From Heteronotia binoei (Eukaryota): a stretch of DNA of 64,000 bases. Position 1 is the stretch's first letter; every line of letters begins with the position of its first letter. This document shows positions 27,005 to 36,774 of this stretch, in pieces. Under the pieces are notes generated by a model, which worked only from the letters and a program-made list of their open reading frames with translations, searched no databases and had not been told where the DNA came from. The stretch is from the NCBI RefSeq assembly GCF_032191835.1, contig NC_083223.1, positions 76,260,001 to 76,324,000 on the forward strand. The letters run 5' to 3'. The position numbers were made by a program, and so were the translations under genes.

Positions 27005-27205
27005 GAGAATCAATGTGGTGTAGTGATTAGAATGCAAGACTAGGATCTGGGAGATCCAGGTTCAAATTCCTACTCTACCATGAAAACTTGCTAAGGTGAT
27101 CTTGGCCCAGTCACAGGGTGGTTGTGAAAATAAAATGGAGGAGAATGATATAAACTTTTTTGGGTCACCATTATGGGGAAAGGTAGGATACAAATGATGT
27201 AAATA
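27005..27205 (+). mobile_element. tRNA-derived SINE, older subfamily
   Basis: tgtggtgtagtgattaga A box, ggttcaaattcc B box, ttgtgaaaataaaatgg body. Confidence 0.7.
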
Positions 27206-27208
27206 AAG

Positions 27209-27825
27209 AAAAACAAATCAGCCAGTATCATAATGCCCCTGTATAAATGGATGGTGTGATCTCATTTGGAGTACTGTGTGCAGTTCTGGTCGCCGCACCT
27301 CAAAAAGGATATTATAGCATTGGAGAAAGTCCAGAAAAGGGCAACTAGAATGATTAAAGGGCTAGAACACTTTCCCTATGAAGAAAGGTTGAAACGCTTG
27401 GGACTCTTTAGCTTGGAGAAACGTCGACTGCGGGGTGACATGATGGAGGTTTACAAGATAATGCATGGGATGGAGAAAGTAGAGAAGGAAGTACTTTTCT
27501 CCCTTTCTCACAATACAAGAACTCGTGGGCATTCGATGAAATTGCTGAGCAGCCAGGTTAAAACGGATAAAAGGAAGTACTTCTTCACCCAAAGGGTGAT
27601 TAACATGTGGAATTCACTGCCACAGAAGGTGGTGGCGGCCACAAGCATAGCCAGCTTCAAGAGGGGTTTAGATAAAAATATGGAGCAGAGGTCCATCAGT
27701 GGCTATTAGCCACAGTGTGTGTGTATATATAAATTTTTTTGGCCACTGTGTGACACAGAGTGTTGGACTGGATGGGCCGTTGGCCTGATCCAACATGGCT
27801 TCTCTTATGTTCTTATGTTCTTATG
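27209..27825 (+). mobile_element. CR1 LINE 3' fragment (same young family as 1660)
   Basis: ORF 27266-27709 is nearly identical to 1995-2522, with the same 3' UTR and a (ttatgttc)3 tail. Confidence 0.95.
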
Positions 27826-28544
27826 TTAAAGCTGAAGATGGGGGCCAGATTAAAGAAAGGCTGGTTGGTGAGTGGGAAGAAGAGAAGGAAGCAGGGAATG
27901 GAGAATGATATGGGTGCTGACAGGAGGAGAGAAAGAGGGAATAGTGTGGGGAAGGGGATACAGGAGGAAATAGAACAACCCACACAAGTCCTTGAAGGTG
28001 CTTTCTGGTGGGGTAGTTACCCCATTTGTCTTCAAGCAAATTATCAAATTATACATATAAAGTATCTTTTTCCCAAAAGTGTTTATTTTAAACAGAATGT
28101 TTGATGTTATAAATTGCCATATATTGTAGAATTTAAAAGACTGTGAATCTTTTCCATTACTCTTTTAGGATTGATGACTGGGTGGGTTTGAGTTCATTAT
28201 GTGAATAGATTGAGGTTTGACTTCAGGGATGGAATCAAATGTTAAGTCCTCTTCCTCAGTGTGCATGTCCTTCAGATTGGTCCTCAGAGAAGCTTTAGGA
28301 ATGGACTTCTAGAGTCATAACTAGGGATGGGAACAGACCAGGAAAGCCTGGTGTGGTTCAGGACTTGCAAACCAGGTGATGTGGGTGCACTCGGGGTGGG
28401 TACAGATGCTACCTGGAAGTGATGTGTGAAACTGTGAGCCAAACCAAGCAGAAAAGTTTGGTGAGTGTTTGGGGGAAGGCATCTTCCATGAACCTCTGCT
28501 CACAAACTCTCAACTCACAAAGTCCGCTTTGGACTTTGGCTCAG

Positions 28545-31500
28545 GTTCAGGTCTGTACCAATCCCAGTCCACGTGCAGGGCTGGAAAGACAGGGACAAAT
28601 TAGAATTCTCAATGTGTGGGTGAGACGATGGTGTAGGAAGGAAGGGTTTAAGTTTGTTAGGCACTGGGATGCTTTCTGAAACAACTGGGAGCTGTATAAA
28701 AGAGATGGTCTCCACTTGTCCCCAGATGGAACCAAGCTGCTGGCGCTTAAAATAAAAAAGGTAGCAGAGCAGTTTTTAAATTAAATTTAGGGGGAAAGCT
28801 GACAGGAGATGAAATGTCTCTGATTCGGGAGGACTCATCTCAAAGAGGTGAAGGGTTAGCTGTTACTTTTCTACTGGGTAATGGAACAGAGTTGTCCATT
28901 GAGATGGTGACAAACAATATGGACTGCCTGCCAAAGTCTTGAGGCAGCAGGAGGAAGGTTGTGTGCCTAACTTGCCTGGGAAATTATAGATGTTTGCATA
29001 CAAATGCTAGAAGTGTTCGAAGTAAAATTGGTGACTTGGAATGTTTAGTGTTGGGGGAAAACATAGACATTGTGGGAATTTCAGAAACTTGGTGGAATGA
29101 GGAGAATCAGTGGGACACGGTGATTCCTGGATATAAGTAATATTGGAAGGATAGGGAGGGAAGGGTTGGAGGTGGGGTGGCTCTGTATGTTAGAGAGGGT
29201 ATACAGTCCAGTAAGACTGAGGTCAAAGAATTAGATTCTTTTCTAGAAATGCTTTGGGTTGAAATAGAGGGCCCAAAAGGAAATTTAACTATGAGAGTTT
29301 GTTATCGCCCACCAAATCAAAAGATAAGAGGACGATTATAATATGATGGAAGGATTAAAGATAGCGGCTAAACATAAAAATTGTGTCATAATAGGTGATT
29401 TTAACTAGCCGAAGATTGATTGGGTCAATATGTGTTCAGGTCGAGAGAAAGAGATTTTCTAGATGCTCTCAATGACTGTGCTATGGAGCAGATGGTCACA
29501 GAACCTACCGGGGTGGGGCGATCCTGGATTTGGTGCTAAGTAATGCCCAAGACTTAGTGAGAGATGTAAAAGTGATCGCACTGCTTGGGAGCAGTGACCA
29601 TAACATTATTGATTTCACCATTTGTATAAATAGGGAGTTGCCCCAAAAGACCAGCACAACCACGTTTAACTTTAAAAGGGGTAAATTCTCTGAGATGAGG
29701 AAGCATGTGAAGAGGAAACTGAAAGGAAAGGTAAATACAGTCCAAACCCTTGGGGAAGCTTGGAGGCTATTTAAAACTACAATCCTAGAAGCTCAGATAT
29801 ACCACAAGTTAGGAAAAGCACAAACAGGTATAAGAGAAGGCCTGCATGGTTAACAAACAAAGTAATGGAAGCTGTAAAAGGTAAGAAGGACTCCTTTAAG
29901 CGGTGGAAAGCTAGTCCAAGTGAAATTAATAAAAGGGAACACAGGCTGTGGCAAATCAAATACAAGTCTGTGATCAGGCAGGCAAAAAGGGACTATGAGG
30001 AGCATATTGCAAAAAACATAAAGACCAACAATAAAAATTTCTTCAAATATATTAGAAGCAGGAAACCAGCCAGGGAGGCAATGAGGCCCTTGGATGACCA
30101 AGGGGACAAAGGATCACTGAAGGAGGGTAGGGAAATGGCTGAGAAGCTGAATACATTTTTTCCCCTCCGTCTTCACTGTGGAAGACGAGAAGTGTTTGCC
30201 CGCTCCAGAAGTACTAATTTTGGAAGGGGTGTTGAAAGACCTGAGTCAGATTGAGGTGACAAGAGAGGAGGTCCTACAACTGATTGACAAATTAAAAACT
30301 AATAAGTCACCAGGTCCGGATGGCATACATCCAACAGTTCTGAAAAAACTCGAAGTTGACCTTGTGGATCTTCTGACAAAAATATGTAATCTTTCATTGA
30401 AATCTGCCTCTGGTCCTGAGGAGTGGAAGGTAAATGTCATCCCCATCTTTAAAAAGGGTTCCAGAAGAGATCCGGGAAAAAACAGGTCCTCTTGTGGATC
30501 AAAAACTGGCTAATTAATAGGAAGCAGAGAGTGAATATAAATGGGCAGTCTTCGCAGTGGAAGACGGTAAGCAGTGGGGTGCCGCAGGGCTCAGTACTGG
30601 GTCCCATGCTCTTTAACTTGTTCATTAATGACCTGGAGTTGGGAGTAAGCAGTGAAGTGGCCAGGTTTGCAGATGACACTAAATTGTTCAGGGTGGTGAG
30701 AACCAGAGAGGATTTTGAGGCACTCCAAAGGGATCTGTTGAGGCTGGGTGAGTGGGTGTAAACGTGGCATATGAGGTTCAATGTGGCTAAGTGCAAAGCA
30801 ATGCACATTGGGGCCAAGAATCCCAGCTACAAATACAAGTTGATGGGATGTGAACTGACAGACACTGACCAAGAGAGAGATCTTGGGGTCATGGTAGATA
30901 ACTCAATGAAAATGTCAAGACAGTGTGCGATTGCAATAAAAAAGGCCAATGCCATGCTGGGAATTATTAGGAAGTTGAATTGAAAACAAATCAGCCGGTA
31001 TCATAATGCCCCTGTATAAATCGATGGTGCGGTCTCATTTGGAGTACTATGTGCAATTCTGGTCACCGTGCCTCAAAAAGGATATTATAGCATTGGAAAA
31101 AATCCAGAAGAGGGCAGCTAGAATGATTAAAGGTTTGGAACACTTTCCCTATGAAGAAAGGTTAAAATGCTTGGGGCTCTTTAGCTTGGAGAAACATTGA
31201 CTGCGGGGTGACATGATAGAGGTTTACAAGATAATGCATGGGATGGAGAAAGTAGAGAAAGAAGTCCTTTTCTCCCTTTCTCACTATACAAGAACTCGTG
31301 GGCATTCAATGAAATTGCTGAGTAGTTAGGTTAAAATGGATAAAAGGAAGTACTTCTTCACCCAAAGGGTGATTAACATGTGGAATTCACTGCCACAGGA
31401 GGTGGTGGCGGCTACAAGCATAGCCAGCTTCAAGAGGGGATTGGATAAAAATATGGAGCAGAGGTCCATCAGNNNNNNNNNNNNNNNNNNNNNNNNNNNN

Positions 31501-31695
31501 NNNNNNNNNNNNNNNNNNNNNNNNNNNNNNNNNNNNNNNNNNNNNNNNNNNNNNNNNNNNNNNNNNNNNNNNNNNNNNNNNNNNNNNNNNNNNNNNNNNN
31601 NNNNNNNNNNNNNNNNNNNNNNNNNNNNNNNNNNNCAGAGTGTGGGACTGGATGGGCCATTGGCCTGATCCAACATGGCTTCTCTTATGTTCTTA
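28545..31695 (+). mobile_element. CR1 LINE: end of ORF1 (SGNH esterase-like), ORF2 endonuclease and RT; internally deleted and frameshifted
   Basis: NVWVRRWCRKEGFKFVRHWDAF..YKRDGLHL at 28600-28740, LHTNARS near 29000, GSSDHN, KSPGPDGIHP, PQGSVLGP, FADDTKL. Jumps from RRDPG to WIKNWL near 30480-30490. 3' UTR at 31636-31695. Confidence 0.95.
31473..31635. other. Assembly gap (163 N)
   Basis: Run of n inside the CR1 3' UTR. Confidence 1.
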
Positions 31696-32126
31696 ACCAT
31701 ATTGTCCCACTTCTTAGCAGTTCTCCTCTGCCTTACCCATCCAAGGTGTTTCATCACAGTGCTTTACCACTGTGGCAATATTGCCTCTGAATTCAGTGAC
31801 ATTTTAATTTTTAAAAGACAAAAAAAATATCCATAACTATATAGCAGCTCAGCTTTCCTCCTTCCTAGCATATGTTATTAAAGACTCCTACGATTCTTTC
31901 TGTGACTTTCAAACTGTCAGGCTGCATTTTATTTTTGACATGATATTGGTATGTTGTAAATATTTCATTCTCTCCCTCTGTGGGAGGTTGTATCTTTTGA
32001 TTGATCTAAGGCCTCATCAGGGTTAGGAAAACTAATTTTCCTCTGGGGAAAAATAAAACTTATGAGATGAGTTTTTATTATGGAAAATATCTATAATATG
32101 TTTTTCCCCCTCTTTGTCTTTGACAG

Positions 32127-32372
32127 AAATAAAAGATAGAAAAGATGTGACATGGTACTTGAAAATCTCACAGTTGGCACTGGCTTTAGCTATTATCCAC
32201 GCAAAACCACCAGATAAAAGTAGTAAAGAATATACAGAGCACCTGGCCAAGGTTGTATCTGGACCGGATTCCAAGTGGAAGTCAAAAGCTGAGGCATTGG
32301 AAGCTGAAGTTCTTCATTTAAGGCAGCAGCTGTATTTGAGCAAACTTTCCTCAGGATTTTGTTTGGAAAATT
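32127..32372 (+). CDS. MEI4: MEI4 coding exon (N-terminal helical region)
   Basis: DVTWYLKISQLALALAIIHAKPPDKSSKEYTEHLA..SKWKSKAEALEAEVLHLRQQL matches the vertebrate MEI4 N-terminus as recalled (human MDVQKWYLRTSKLALALAIIRSKPADKSSREYTEHLA). Acceptor ctttgtctttgacAG at 32125-32126, donor GTAAGT at 32373, phase 1 at both ends. Confidence 0.92.
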
Positions 32373-32970
32373 GTAAGTTTCTGAAGCCTAGTTTGAATGA
32401 ATTCCAGGTATCATGCATTGTTTACATCTTTTATTTAAAATATATCAATAAATAGACTGAATTCAGTCCTTCTGCAAACAGAGGAAGCACAGAGAAGTGT
32501 GTTTTACCACCTGCCCCTTCCTTATATGGATTTTTGCATCTCCATTAAAGTCACTGCTGAGGGTCAGACTGTCAGAACAGCATGCCATGCAGCACAGAAG
32601 GATTCCACAGCAGTCAATCACCCACCAATGGTTCCACAGGGTCCATTGATCTTTAGCAATGAAAAACTTGAAAGGGAAAAGTAAAGCAGTAAAAATTGAT
32701 TTTTGAAAATGCCCCATCTAAAGAAGCACAGGATCTAGTCCTAAGTGCCAGCTACCTTGCAATCCCCTTTCCTCCGTTTGCCCTTCCCTCGGTAGCCCAG
32801 GCTAGCTTCTTTCATCAGATCTTAGAAGCTAAGCAGGGTTGGCCATGGTTAGTACTTAGATCGGAGACCACCAAGGAAGTCCAGGATCGCTACAGAGAGG
32901 CAGGCAACGGTAAACCAGCTATGAATGACTCATGCCTTGAAAACCCTCTCTTTCTCCCTCAGAGGTTGTC

Positions 32971-33068
32971 GGACATCTCTGTGGGTTATTCCTACTATTC
33001 CTTCAGGGAGGCAGGAACACTTTTTTCAACTTCCTGTTGGCGCCTTCGGAATAACCCCGCCCTCAGTT
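32971..33068 (+). repeat. DIRS left inverted terminal repeat
   Basis: 98/98 identical to the reverse complement of 38108-38205 (compared base by base). Confidence 0.95.
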
Positions 33069-33245
33069 TTGTTCCTGCCTCTACAGGGAGCAGCAGCACA
33101 AGGCTAGAGTCAGCCTTTTTTCTCTGTTTCTTCTTCTCAATTTCCATTCCATATCCTTTCCTTTCCATATCTACTTATCCCTCCTTTTCCTTCTGCCTTT
33201 GCTGATCAAAGACTACCGAGGAAACTTGTTCTGGGTCGTTTTAGA

Positions 33246-34877
33246 ATGGCCTGTAGTAGGGACGGTTTCCTATCGGACGAGGAGGGAGAGTCGCGCGCCG
33301 CGCTTCTAGCAGCGCCGACTCACGTCGAAGGAGCCGACCTGCCTTTGCGGCTTGTTCGCGCCCTTCCTGACGCGGCCGCAGACGAGCCAGCTGCCAGCGC
33401 CAAGAAACGGCGCGTAATGAAGGCCCAGGCTACGTCCCTCGGGGCGGCAGCAAGCAGCGGCGGCCATTTTGGAAGTGCGGAGCGTAGCTCTCAGACCTTC
33501 CAACCCCCAGGAGCAGGCACTCCGGAGACTCGGAACTACCTGCAACCGCGCATCGAAGGCTTCCAGGACGGGGGTAATGTACAAATGGGCAACCCTCTGA
33601 ACCCAGAGGCTATGCTTTTTATTAGAAGAGCTATGCAGGAGGAAATGGGCTCCTTTTGCGCCCGGCTGGGGCTTCTCCCTCAAGGATCAACCTTTCCTGC
33701 AGACCCTCCCCGCTCTTTCTCCTGGCCCACTAAGGCAGCGCGAAAGGCCCCAGTGCAGTCTTCCCAATCCTTAGAGCTCGAGACTATGGCATCTCACTCT
33801 GACCAGGAAGACAGGGAAGAGGGGGAATGTTTCTCTGAGGAGGAACAGGAGGAGGTTAAAATTCCTGAACAGGCTAGTCGTTTCTTCCATCAGGAAGATT
33901 ACCAGTTTCTTCTAGCCAAAACGCTTTCAGCCTTAGAAATTGAGGAGGGCCCTATTGATGAGGAAGTCAAGGTAGCTAAATCTAAGAAGTTTAAGTCAAG
34001 AACCAGTGGTAATTCTGAGTTCTTGCCCAGGGGGGAAGCTTCTGAACAAGTCTTCCCTTTTCCAGAATACTTTGAAAAGCAGGTTAGAGCAGAATGGGAA
34101 AAGCCAGCTTCCCTTAAGCAGTTTCCTCACTTAGTAAAGAAGTTATATGCACTGCCTGCCTATACCAATGAGTTGTTACAAGCTCCAACTGTGGACGGCC
34201 CAGTAGCAGCTCTACAGTCTTCGGGACTGGTTTCAGAGGACGGCCAGGGTTCTCTTAGAGATCCCCTGGACAAAAAAGCTGAGGCAACCTTGAAGAGATT
34301 GTACGAATCTGTGGCCATGATAGTTAAGGCGTCCTCCGCGTCCTCCCTGGTCTCCAGGGCGTCCATTGTTTGGGTACGTAAGTTACTCCAGATGTTACCA
34401 GAGGACAACAGACGCATGTTAGAGGGCGCCTCACGCATCCTTAAGGCAGCGTCATTCACAGCTGACGCAACCTTAGATATACTGACCTTTGCCTCTAAAA
34501 CAATGGCTTCCGCTACTGTGGCTAGACGCCTCCTGTGGCTTAGGGCTTGGCAAGCTGACTTCCTCTCTAAGTCCACAGTGGCAGCTTATCCCTTTCAAGG
34601 GGATCGTCTCTTCGGGGACGCTTTGGACAAGATCCTAGTAGAGACTAGGGATAAAAAGAAGGCCATGCCCAAATCCATTCGGAGGAATGAAAAGAGGGGC
34701 CCCCAGTCCTTTCGGACCCAACATTCCTTGGCCAGATATCGTTCTGAATCAAAGAAGTTTAATTGGGAAACACCAAAGAATTCCTTCAAAAGAGGCTCAT
34801 TCGGCTCCAAATTCAATCGTAATAACTTCTCCAAAATGGACAAGCCTGACAGAGAGGGCAAGTCCAAGCAGGCATGA
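33246..34877 (+). CDS. DIRS ORF1, Gag-like protein (543 aa)
   Basis: First ORF of the element. FPFP..EWEKP, P.VD..VAAL and LRDPLDKKAE..LKRLY motifs are typical of vertebrate DIRS ORF1. Basic C-terminus. Confidence 0.9.
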   Translation: MACSRDGFLSDEEGESRAALLAAPTHVEGADLPLRLVRALPDAAADEPAASAKKRRVMKAQATSLGAAASSGGHFGSAERSSQTFQPPGAGTPETRNYLQPRIEGFQDGGNVQMGNPLNPEAMLFIRRAMQEEMGSFCARLGLLPQGSTFPADPPRSFSWPTKAARKAPVQSSQSLELETMASHSDQEDREEGECFSEEEQEEVKIPEQASRFFHQEDYQFLLAKTLSALEIEEGPIDEEVKVAKSKKFKSRTSGNSEFLPRGEASEQVFPFPEYFEKQVRAEWEKPASLKQFPHLVKKLYALPAYTNELLQAPTVDGPVAALQSSGLVSEDGQGSLRDPLDKKAEATLKRLYESVAMIVKASSASSLVSRASIVWVRKLLQMLPEDNRRMLEGASRILKAASFTADATLDILTFASKTMASATVARRLLWLRAWQADFLSKSTVAAYPFQGDRLFGDALDKILVETRDKKKAMPKSIRRNEKRGPQSFRTQHSLARYRSESKKFNWETPKNSFKRGSFGSKFNRNNFSKMDKPDREGKSKQA

Positions 34878-36774
34878 CTACGGTCACGTACCGGTGGGAG
34901 CTCGACTACTCCACTTTGCAGAAGCCTGGGAGGCCTCTCAGGCAGACCAATGGTCTTTAGAAATTGTAAAAGAGGGGTATTCAATAGAGTTTCACCGCAT
35001 TCCACCAGACAGATTTGTCAGATCACCTTCCCCCAAGCAGAAGCACAAACGTCTCATCACCTCAAAAGCAATTCAGCATCTTATCGACATTCGAGCAGTC
35101 GAACTAGTCCCAGGGTTGGAGAAGGGGAAAGGCGTATACTCCATCCTTTTCACCATACCCAAGAAGAATGGCGACTGGAGGGCCATCTTGGATCTCAAGT
35201 TTCTAAATCGCTATGTCAAAGTACGTCACTTCAGAATGGAAACCTTGAGATTCATTATGGACTCTCTATTGTCAGGGGAGTACCTCACTTCCATAGACCT
35301 GACCGAAGCTTATCTCCACATCCCTATCCACCCTTCTCATCGTCGTTTTCTAAGGTTCGTGGTACTGAATCAGCACTTCCAATACAGGGCCTTACCCTTT
35401 GGCCTGTCAACAGCGCCCAGAGTTTTTTCCAAAATGTTAATTCACCCAATAGCCCAGCTGAGGAAGCAGGGTATTCACATTCACCCCTATCTGGACGACC
35501 TCTTGGTCAGATCCAACAGCAAAGAGAAATCCCTTCGGGGGACAACTCTGGCCATTCAGTGTCTTCAGTCTCACGGATTCCTGGTGAACAAAGAAAAGAG
35601 TTCACTTCAGCCGAGTCAGAGGTTGGAACACCTAGGCGCAATGATCGACTCCACTTGCAATTCGCTATTTCTACCTCTGTCCAAGGCCAGGGCCATCAAG
35701 GATTTGGCTTCCAGGGTCATCCAGAGCAAATCATCACCTCTGATGTTGCTTGCCAAACTAATGGGACTTTTGATATCGACCATAGACATGATTCAATGGG
35801 CCAGATTCCATTCCAGGCCTCTTCAACGGTTCCTACGACCATTTCAACTTCAGATAATGGAGAGAAAGGCCATAAATCTGATAATTCCGTTGTCAGTCAA
35901 GAGGAGTTTGCGATGGTGGACGGACTTGTCTCATCTTCGCCAGGGCAAGTTGTTCCATCCTCCCTCATACCTGGAGGTATTCACAGATGCCAGCCTGGGG
36001 GGCTGGGGAGCTTCTCTTCAGGACAAGCCAGTCCAAGGCAGGTGGTCTCAGTCCGAGAGTCTGCTTCCCATCAATCTGCTGGAAATCAGAGCCATACGTC
36101 TAGCCCTGGTTGCATTCAGGACCCAATTGTTCCAGAAGCATGTGCTTGTCAGAACGGACAATATCGCAGCCAAGGCGTATCTGAACAACCAGGGGGGCTC
36201 CAGGTCTTCACAGTTGCACCGGGAAGCATCAAGAATTCTGACATGGGCAGAAAAACATCTGGCCTCTCTAAGGGCGGAACACATCAGAGGCCAGGACAAC
36301 ATACAGGCAGATTGGTTGAGCAGACAGGAAATCTGCGAGGGCGAGTGGGCCCTCAGCTCAGACATATTCGACCTCATATGCCAGCGTTGGGGTCTACCAG
36401 AGGTGGATCTTTTCGCTTCAAACACAAACTCGCAACTACCAAGGTACTTCACAAGGTTCTCCCATCCAGAAGCCGAACAGACAGATGCCTTGACAGCCAT
36501 ATGGCCTCCAGGTCTCTTGTATGCGTTTCCTCCGGTCCCTCTGGTTTCTCGAGTACTGCGGAGGGTGAGAGCTCTACAGGCGGAAATCATCATGGTAGCT
36601 CCCTATTGGCCACGGCGTCCGTGGTTCTCAATGTTGACAGAGCTATCAATAGACCTTCCAATGTCACTTCCAGTTCCTCCCGACATGCTTCATCAGGGTC
36701 CGGTGTGGCACCCCGACCCGGGGTGGTTTCATCTGACCGCGTGGAGATTGAGCGGGAGACATTCAGAAATCTAG
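34687..36774 (+). CDS. DIRS ORF2: reverse transcriptase, RNase H and Dam-like methyltransferase domain (695 aa)
   Basis: PVGARL, LPFGLSTAPRVF, YLDD (35488-35499), RNase H TDAS (about 35983), INLLEIRA, RTDN, ADWLSR, then DLFAS and YAFPP (36520-36534). Confidence 0.95.
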   Translation: MKRGAPSPFGPNIPWPDIVLNQRSLIGKHQRIPSKEAHSAPNSIVITSPKWTSLTERASPSRHDYGHVPVGARLLHFAEAWEASQADQWSLEIVKEGYSIEFHRIPPDRFVRSPSPKQKHKRLITSKAIQHLIDIRAVELVPGLEKGKGVYSILFTIPKKNGDWRAILDLKFLNRYVKVRHFRMETLRFIMDSLLSGEYLTSIDLTEAYLHIPIHPSHRRFLRFVVLNQHFQYRALPFGLSTAPRVFSKMLIHPIAQLRKQGIHIHPYLDDLLVRSNSKEKSLRGTTLAIQCLQSHGFLVNKEKSSLQPSQRLEHLGAMIDSTCNSLFLPLSKARAIKDLASRVIQSKSSPLMLLAKLMGLLISTIDMIQWARFHSRPLQRFLRPFQLQIMERKAINLIIPLSVKRSLRWWTDLSHLRQGKLFHPPSYLEVFTDASLGGWGASLQDKPVQGRWSQSESLLPINLLEIRAIRLALVAFRTQLFQKHVLVRTDNIAAKAYLNNQGGSRSSQLHREASRILTWAEKHLASLRAEHIRGQDNIQADWLSRQEICEGEWALSSDIFDLICQRWGLPEVDLFASNTNSQLPRYFTRFSHPEAEQTDALTAIWPPGLLYAFPPVPLVSRVLRRVRALQAEIIMVAPYWPRRPWFSMLTELSIDLPMSLPVPPDMLHQGPVWHPDPGWFHLTAWRLSGRHSEI

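Noticed and set aside
32114-32126. ORF-track TTG start for MEI4, and ATG 40406 for the next exon
   Set aside because: Both lie in the polypyrimidine tracts of good splice acceptors; the exon phases fit splicing instead.
32792-32870. 5S rRNA gene
   Set aside because: Diverged, incomplete and fused to a SINE body and tail; it is a SINE head, as is the copy at 12275.
34536-34641. CTT AGG G in gag as a Ty1-like +1 frameshift site
   Set aside because: It is not the full CUU-AGG-C motif, and the +1 frame stops at 34639-34641 before ORF2 opens.
34874-34960. AUGA stop-start overlap as a reinitiation route to RT
   Set aside because: That ATG is in the third frame and ends after 28 codons; it is not in the ORF2 frame.
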